Part shown: positions 58,382 to 64,000 of the stretch, piece after piece
Layout of the letters: the number at the start of each line of letters is the position of its first letter
Numbering within the stretch: the stretch's first letter is position 1
Origin: Granulicella sp.
GTDB lineage: Bacteria; Acidobacteriota; Terriglobia; Terriglobales; Acidobacteriaceae
Direction of reading: 5' to 3'
DNA length: 64,000 nt
NCBI GenBank assembly: GCA_027339965.1
Contig: DAHWNL010000006.1
Coordinates: 55,381 to 119,380, forward strand
Made by a program: the position numbers and the translations under genes
Notes under the pieces: model-generated
The model's input: only the letters and a program-made list of their open reading frames with translations
Told to the model about the DNA's origin: nothing
The model's database searches: none

Positions 58382-59047
58382 ATGGACTTTGCCGCCCTCG
58401 AACTGACGCTTCGTCTGGCCAGCCTTACCACGCTTCTTCTCCTACTGCTGGCCACGCCGCTGGCGGTATGGATTGCGTCCGGCCGCGGCGCGGCGCGGCG
58501 CGTGGCCCAGGCGGCCGTGGCCTTGCCCCTGGTTCTTCCACCGACTGTGCTCGGCTTCTATCTCCTGGTCGGTCTGGGCCCGGCAACGGCTCTTGGCCGA
58601 ACCCTCATCGCTCTCCTCGGGCACCCGGTGGCCTTCACCTTCTCCGGCCTGCTGATCGGCTCCATGATCTACAGCCTGCCCTTTGCCGTGCAGCCCCTGG
58701 TGGTCGCCTTCTCCTCCATCGATCGCCCCACTGTGGAGGTCGCGCAGGTTCTCGGTGCAGGGCCGTGGACAGTCTTTCGCCGCGTGACCCTTCCCCTCTC
58801 CCGCGCCTCCTTCATCACCGCTGCGGTGCTCTGCTTTGCCCACACGTTAGGCGAGTTCGGAGTCGTGCTCATGGTCGGGGGCGACATCCCGGGCGTCACT
58901 CGCACCCTCTCCATCGCGATCTTCGATCAAGTGCAGGAACTCCGTTACACGGACGCCAACCTCACTGCCGCCGCACTGGCCGGCCTATCCTTCCTGGCGC
59001 TGCTGGTGGTTTACGGGCGCGGAAGCTGGAGGGCGGAGCTTGCCTGA
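58382..59047 (+). CDS. modB: Molybdate ABC transporter permease
   Basis: LPLVLPPTVLGFYLL, YSLPFAVQP and FAHTLGEFGVVLMVGGDIPG.TRT. Confidence 0.94.
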   Translation: MDFAALELTLRLASLTTLLLLLLATPLAVWIASGRGAARRVAQAAVALPLVLPPTVLGFYLLVGLGPATALGRTLIALLGHPVAFTFSGLLIGSMIYSLPFAVQPLVVAFSSIDRPTVEVAQVLGAGPWTVFRRVTLPLSRASFITAAVLCFAHTLGEFGVVLMVGGDIPGVTRTLSIAIFDQVQELRYTDANLTAAALAGLSFLALLVVYGRGSWRAELA

Positions 59048-59870
59048 TCTCTCAACATCCTCCTGCCCGCCCAACCAAGCTGCGGGCGAATCGATGCCAC
59101 AGCTCCCCTGCTTTCGACTTCGGCTGAGCACCCGGGTGGGGGCTTTGCATCTGGACCTCGATCTTGCCCTGATCTCACGCTGGACCGTCATCTTCGGTCC
59201 TTCCGGAAGTGGGAAGAGCACCATTCTCCGCGCCATCTGCGGTCTTGTTCCGCAAGCTCCGCGCGTCGGCATCCTCTCCCGCCGTCTCGCTCACCGCAAG
59301 GGCGGCGGCGCGCTGGAGGAGTGGGACCGGCCGCATCACCGCATTGCACCCCACCTTCGGGGTCTGGCCTATGCTCCGCAGGGCGCTGTCCTTTTTCCGC
59401 ACATGTCCGTGCGGGAGAATATCTCCTTCCCGAGTGCGGTGCGGCGCGGCGCGGCATTCCAGCGGCCATCCGCCCGGCAAACCGGCAGTGATGCGGAGCT
59501 CGCCGAGGAGGCGATCCAGTGCTTCCAACTGGAGGCGCTGCTAGGGCGCAGGCCAGGCGATCTCTCCGGCGGCGAACGCCAGCGCGTAAACCTGGCGCGA
59601 GCGTTCGCCGTGCCTCATCCCCGCCTCATCCTGCTGGATGAACCCTTTACCGGCATCGACCGGGCCCTGCGTGACGCATTGCTTCCGCGCATGCAACAGC
59701 GCGCCGCTCAACTCGGTGCTCCTGTGCTCTCAGTGACGCACGATGTGGAAGAGGCTCTGATGCTGGGCGCCGAGGTGATTCGACTGGAGCGGGGCCGGAT
59801 CCTGGACCAGGGTCCGGCCTCGCGCGTGCTGGCCGAGGAGCGCGCTCGCATGCTGCAGATGCTGCTGTGA
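59040..59870 (+). CDS. modC: Molybdate ABC transporter ATPase (no TOBE domain)
   Basis: GPSGSGKS, LFPHMSV, LSGGERQR, LLDEPF and VTHD. Confidence 0.9.
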   Translation: MPDLSTSSCPPNQAAGESMPQLPCFRLRLSTRVGALHLDLDLALISRWTVIFGPSGSGKSTILRAICGLVPQAPRVGILSRRLAHRKGGGALEEWDRPHHRIAPHLRGLAYAPQGAVLFPHMSVRENISFPSAVRRGAAFQRPSARQTGSDAELAEEAIQCFQLEALLGRRPGDLSGGERQRVNLARAFAVPHPRLILLDEPFTGIDRALRDALLPRMQQRAAQLGAPVLSVTHDVEEALMLGAEVIRLERGRILDQGPASRVLAEERARMLQMLL

Positions 59871-59971
59871 AGCAGTGCTTCCAACAGCGCCTGCGCCCAA
59901 AGCACGCATGGCCGCGCTCCCGAACTGTGGTTGGACTTTGCCTGGCCTGCGCTGGCGCGGCTGGCCTGGCG

Positions 59972-60025
59972 CAGGAGGGCTTACCCAGGAGGGCTTATGC
60001 AGGAGGACTTATGCAGGAGGACGAG
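59972..60025. repeat. 14-bp tandem repeat, ~3.7 copies
   Basis: CAGGAGGGCTTACC / CAGGAGGGCTTATG / CAGGAGGACTTATG / CAGGAGGACGAG. Confidence 0.85.
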
Positions 60026-60057
60026 GAATGCCGGGATGGGACTGCGTTGAGATCGCT

Positions 60058-61116
60058 TCAGCCCAGCAGTACCGGCTCCCGCTCCAGCGTGATCCCGAAA
60101 CGATCTCTGACCCGCTCGACGATTTGCCCCTGCAACCGCTCAATGTCCGCGCAAGTGGCTCCGCCGTGGTTGGTCAGCGCCAAGGTGTGACGGGATGAGA
60201 TTCGAGCCGGGCCGTCCCCAAACCCTTTTACGAACCCGGTTTGCTCCAGCAACCAGGCGGCCGGAATTTTGATCAGGCCTGCCCCTGCCGGCCATCCAGG
60301 CACCATCCCCGGCGTCACTCCAGCCGCTGCGGAGATTGCCTCCAGACGTTCCAAACCCACCACCGGGTTCTTGAAAAACGACCCCGCGCTCCGGCAGTCA
60401 GGATCTCCCTCCACCAGCAGCATGCCCTTCTCTCTACGAATCTCGCGCACGGCTGAGGCCACCTCGGCCAATGTGAGCCCCGGCCGGCCGCCCAACCTGC
60501 GCTGCAGATCAGCGTAGCCAAGGTTGGGCTTTCCCCCGGGCCGCAACCGGAACCTCACCCGGGTGACGATGTAGCGCTCCGGCTCGTCGCTGTTAAACAG
60601 GCTCTGGCGGTAACGGAATCGGCAGGCCTCCTTCTCTAGCCTCACCCAGCCGCGGCTCTTGCGATCGAAGGCCCGCACCCACTCGATGGTCTCCGCGACC
60701 TCCTGCCCGTAGGCTCCGACGTTCTGCACCGGAGTTCCACCCACAGAGCCGGGAATCCCCGCCAGGCATTCAACCCCAGCCATCTCCTGCCGCGTCACCC
60801 GCTCCGCAAACTCGTCCCAGATCTCTCCTGCACCCACCTCAAAACAGCCGTCTTCGCAAGCCTCCACACCCAAAAGGCCGATCTTGAGCACCAGGCCGTC
60901 GAATCCCGCATCCCGCACCAGAAGATTGCTTCCCCCGCCCAGAATGAACAGGCGCAGGCTCCGCTCCTCAGCCCAAGCGACCGCCGTTGCGACCTGGGCC
61001 TCGCTGTGGGCTGCGGCGAAGTAACGCGCTGCACCCCCCACTCCAAAGGTGGTGAGCGGAGCCAGCGGCACCTCTGTCTGAACCTGCAACCCGGTAGGCA
61101 CGCTATGAGAGTACAT
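60058..61116 (-). CDS. murB: UDP-N-acetylenolpyruvoylglucosamine reductase
   Basis: LGGGSNLL, GIPGSVGGTPVQNVGAYG, FRYRQS, SAGSFFKNP, HTLALTN and LEREP. Start approximate. Confidence 0.95.
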   Translation of the reverse strand: MYSHSVPTGLQVQTEVPLAPLTTFGVGGAARYFAAAHSEAQVATAVAWAEERSLRLFILGGGSNLLVRDAGFDGLVLKIGLLGVEACEDGCFEVGAGEIWDEFAERVTRQEMAGVECLAGIPGSVGGTPVQNVGAYGQEVAETIEWVRAFDRKSRGWVRLEKEACRFRYRQSLFNSDEPERYIVTRVRFRLRPGGKPNLGYADLQRRLGGRPGLTLAEVASAVREIRREKGMLLVEGDPDCRSAGSFFKNPVVGLERLEAISAAAGVTPGMVPGWPAGAGLIKIPAAWLLEQTGFVKGFGDGPARISSRHTLALTNHGGATCADIERLQGQIVERVRDRFGITLEREPVLLG

Positions 61117-61235
61117 CAGCCAGCCGGCTGGGCCGAGAGCGGGCACTCTGGCGCGGGCATTTCGATCCGGTTACAATCAAAGCAAGCAAGTTCTTCGCAG
61201 AACCTCATCATGGAGGACTCCCAGGAGGCAACAAG

Positions 61236-61661
61236 ATGTATCCAGAGATCATGCTGATTCCCATGCGCGAGGAGCTCACCAAAGCTGGAATCGTGGAGGC
61301 GCGCACCGGGGCCCAGGTGGACGCCGCTCTGGCCCGTCCTGGAACGACCATGGTCGTGGTCAACTCCGTCTGCGGCTGCGCCGCCGGCAAGATGCGGCCC
61401 GGCGTTCGTCTGGCCCTCGATCACACCAACACCCCCGACCAGGTCATCTCCGTCTTCGCCGGCCAGGACCGCGAAGCCACGGAGCGCGCCCGCAGCTACT
61501 TCCAGGGCAATCCTCCTACCTCACCGGCCGTGGCCATCCTTCGCGACGGGCAGTTAATCTACCTGCTGCAGCGTTCCGCCATTGAGAATTCGACGGCTCC
61601 GGCGATCGCGCAGGAGCTGGCGCGCGCCTTTGACACCTACTGCGCAAACACCGCGGCGTAG
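61236..61661 (+). CDS. BrxA/BrxB family bacilliredoxin
   Basis: PMREELT, VVNSVCGCAAG (CGC motif), VFAGQD.EAT..AR and PPTSP; AGGAGG ribosome binding site. Confidence 0.92.
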   Translation: MYPEIMLIPMREELTKAGIVEARTGAQVDAALARPGTTMVVVNSVCGCAAGKMRPGVRLALDHTNTPDQVISVFAGQDREATERARSYFQGNPPTSPAVAILRDGQLIYLLQRSAIENSTAPAIAQELARAFDTYCANTAA

Positions 61662-61907
61662 CCGGTCGATCTTCTCTCTTCCGGCGCGGATCGGGTCACC
61701 TGGTCGCGGACGCCGCACCCCATGCGAGGGCGGATTCAAACAAGCTGGAACCAGACACATCGTGCGGACCTGGCCTTTTTTTTTCGGCGAGGATCCTGGC
61801 GAAGATGAGGCGCAAAATTGGCGCAGGCCGGCCTTCATTGGCGCAGGGCGGCCCGCGCACTCCGGCCTTCGGCTAAACGATTCGCTCCATCTGCCGATAG
61901 GAAGATC

Positions 61908-62900
61908 ATGTCTGATCCCCTTCGGCTACCGACTTTGTCTCCGACAGCGGCCCCAACGCCGCAGGATGCAAATCCGCCAGCGCCAGTGCCGGCGCTTTGG
62001 CTGGATGGAGCCAGCGCCGCCATGACCCAGCTACGCGGCCAGATCCGGCGGGTGGCTCCTTACTTCCGGACAGCCTTGCTGACCGGAGAACGCGGCTGCG
62101 GAGAGGAAGCCGCAGCTCGAGTTCTGCACCAATTCTCTCCGTTGAAGGACCGTCCGTTCGTCATCCTCGACTCAGCGGAGGCTGAGCGGCTGCTGAGCCG
62201 GCCGGATGCCCACGACGCGCTGGCCGGCAAAGGAATGTGCTACATTCCCCGCCCGGAACGGATCCCGAAGAACGCCCAGAATGCGCTGTTGCATCTGGTG
62301 CGCAAGTACGGCTCTCAGGCTCCGCGGATCGTCGCCTTTGCGGAGCGCGGCCTGCGTCCCCTGGTGAGCGCCAATAGCTTCTCCGCAGATCTGGCGGACT
62401 GTCTGGGAGCGCTGCGCATCGTTATCCCTCCGCTCCGCGACCGCCGTGAGGACGTTCCCCATCTGCTCACTCAGATCCTGGAGGGCATGGCCTCTCAGGC
62501 AGGTACCGCCTCACCCCAGCTCACTCCGGCACTGCTGGAGGCGGCGCGCCGGCTTCCCTGGCCCGGCAACCTGCCCCAGCTTTATGCAACCGCAGAAGGT
62601 CTCTTCCAGCGCAGAGATCTCTCTGGCGCCGACTCCGTGCTGGACGCCTCTGACCTGGAGGCCGTTCTGGGCAACGCCCCCCAACCCTCCCCAAGCCATC
62701 GCCGCGAGACCCGCATGATGCGCCTCGATGACGTAGTCCAGGAGCATATTCGTTCCGTTCTTCTGGCCTGCAACGGCAACAAACTGCGCACCGCCGAGGT
62801 GCTGGGCATCAGCCGCTCCACGCTCTACCGCATGCTGGACGCCTCCGCCAAGCCCGGCTCAGAGCCGCTGCTCTCCCCCCGTCTGGATCGCGCCGGATAA
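61908..62900 (+). CDS. Degenerate sigma54-activator-like protein with a Fis-type HTH
   Basis: [30 protein letters not shown] and [26 protein letters not shown]. No GAFTGA and no LFLDE. Confidence 0.85.
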   Translation: MSDPLRLPTLSPTAAPTPQDANPPAPVPALWLDGASAAMTQLRGQIRRVAPYFRTALLTGERGCGEEAAARVLHQFSPLKDRPFVILDSAEAERLLSRPDAHDALAGKGMCYIPRPERIPKNAQNALLHLVRKYGSQAPRIVAFAERGLRPLVSANSFSADLADCLGALRIVIPPLRDRREDVPHLLTQILEGMASQAGTASPQLTPALLEAARRLPWPGNLPQLYATAEGLFQRRDLSGADSVLDASDLEAVLGNAPQPSPSHRRETRMMRLDDVVQEHIRSVLLACNGNKLRTAEVLGISRSTLYRMLDASAKPGSEPLLSPRLDRAG

Positions 62901-63154
62901 CCGGCCGGACAGAGGGTTCCCTGCCCGGCCGCAGACTCCCACAAATTCTCCCTTCTGGAGCAACCGGCCAGACCTCTCTCGCTCGCCGGGCAAGCGTCCC
63001 TCCATCCCCACGCCGTCAACGGTTGCGTCACAAGCAGGGGCGGCAACTCTCATCGCCCTGCCGTCAAACCCTGCCTCATCCAGCGCAGAGCCAACCACAG
63101 GGAGCGCGCCGGCCCCTTTGCTACCATTGGGTGGCAGCTCCAACCATCGTCTCT

Positions 63155-64000
63155 ATGGGAACCTCGAATTCGTCCGCTTCCAACTCTGCCCTTGACGGTC
63201 TGGAGGCCCAGCTCTGGGCCGCCGCCGACGCTCTGCGCAACAACATGGACGCAGCGGAGTACAAACACGTCGTCCTGGGCCTGATCTTCCTCAAATACAT
63301 CTCCGACGCCTTCGAGGCGAAGCGTGCTGAACTGGTCGCTCTCGCTGCCGAAGGCGCAGACCCCGAAGACCCGGACGAGTACCGCGCCGAGAACATCTTC
63401 TGGGTGCCCAAAGAAGGCCGCTGGTCAGTGCTGAGAGACAGCGCGCCGCAGCCCACCATTGGCAAGCTGGTGGATGACGCCATGGCCGCAATCGAGCGCG
63501 ATAATCCTTCGCTTCAAGGGGTACTCCCCAAGGACTACGCCCGCCCTGGCCTCGACAAGCAGCGCCTCGGCCAGCTCATCAACCTCGTCAGCAACATCGC
63601 GCTCGGCAGCCCGGCAGACCGCGCCAAGGACATGCTCGGCCGCGTCTATGAGTACTTCCTCTCGCAGTTCGCCAGCGCGGAGGGCAAAAAGGGCGGGCAA
63701 TTTTACACGCCCGCCCACATCGTGCGCGTGCTGGTCGAGATGCTCGCCCCCTACAAAGGACGCGTCTACGATCCCTGCTGCGGCTCCGGCGGCATGTTCG
63801 TTCAGAGCGAGAAGTTCATCCAGGCGCACAGCGGGCGCATCGGCGACATCTCCATTTATGGGCAGGAGTCCAACTACACCACCTGGCGCTTGGCCAAGAT
63901 GAACCTTGCCATCCGTGGCATCGACGCGCAGATTGCCCACGGAGACACCTTCCACGCCGACAAGCACCCCGACCTCAAGGCCGACTACGTCATCGCCAAT
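63155..64000 (+). CDS. hsdM: Type I restriction-modification methyltransferase subunit (3' truncated by window; not in the ORF track)
   Basis: [57 protein letters not shown] and YGQESN; the frame ends at DYVIAN, the expected start of NPPF. Confidence 0.95.
   Translation, partial: MGTSNSSASNSALDGLEAQLWAAADALRNNMDAAEYKHVVLGLIFLKYISDAFEAKRAELVALAAEGADPEDPDEYRAENIFWVPKEGRWSVLRDSAPQPTIGKLVDDAMAAIERDNPSLQGVLPKDYARPGLDKQRLGQLINLVSNIALGSPADRAKDMLGRVYEYFLSQFASAEGKKGGQFYTPAHIVRVLVEMLAPYKGRVYDPCCGSGGMFVQSEKFIQAHSGRIGDISIYGQESNYTTWRLAKMNLAIRGIDAQIAHGDTFHADKHPDLKADYVIAN

Noticed and set aside
59972..60025. Short repeats as a possible CRISPR array
   Set aside because: The 14-bp units are directly adjacent with no spacers, and there are no cas genes.
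61776..61784. T9 run as a phase-variable tract or intrinsic terminator
   Set aside because: It is intergenic and has no compact hairpin immediately upstream, only long-range pairing, so no function can be supported.
63425..63967. 180-aa minus-strand ORF and 147-aa plus-strand ORF at the window end
   Set aside because: Both are alternative frames over the hsdM coding sequence.

Overview
GC-rich bacterial chromosome segment. Gene content and protein style suggest Acidobacteriota (Terriglobales-like); this is inference. It is mostly core and metabolic genes: partial sua5, a divergent hfq paralogue, holB, an intact imuA-imuB-dnaE2 mutagenesis cassette with a candidate LexA-controlled promoter, and a three-gene L-rhamnose catabolic cluster. 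Next come a four-gene cluster (D-aminoacylase-like, PLP D-amino-acid deaminase-like, CsxA-like GH2, APC permease), a carboxylesterase, TolC, truA, an M20 peptidase, EamA, degP, pnp/rpsO, dienelactone hydrolase, a GH144-like lipoprotein, hemD, GH38, DUF2252 and a Crp regulator. The last third holds deoC with an ALDH16-type dehydrogenase, a dppB-like permease, a CorC/HlyC protein, trxA, thrBC, modABC, murB, a bacilliredoxin, a degenerate sigma54-activator-like protein and the start of a type I R-M hsdM. I found no rRNA, tRNA, CRISPR array or transposase. Most notable observations: (1) the four-gene cluster may encode a chitosan/glucosamine to D-glucosaminate to KDG route; (2) most long intergenic spacers fold back as 150-480 nt imperfect hairpins with no evident shared sequence, and similar hairpins lie in-frame in protein linkers; (3) several genes show a leaderless promoter signature; (4) a catalytically dead bEBP-like regulator precedes hsdM. 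All pairings and motifs were found by eye, with no folding software or database search.
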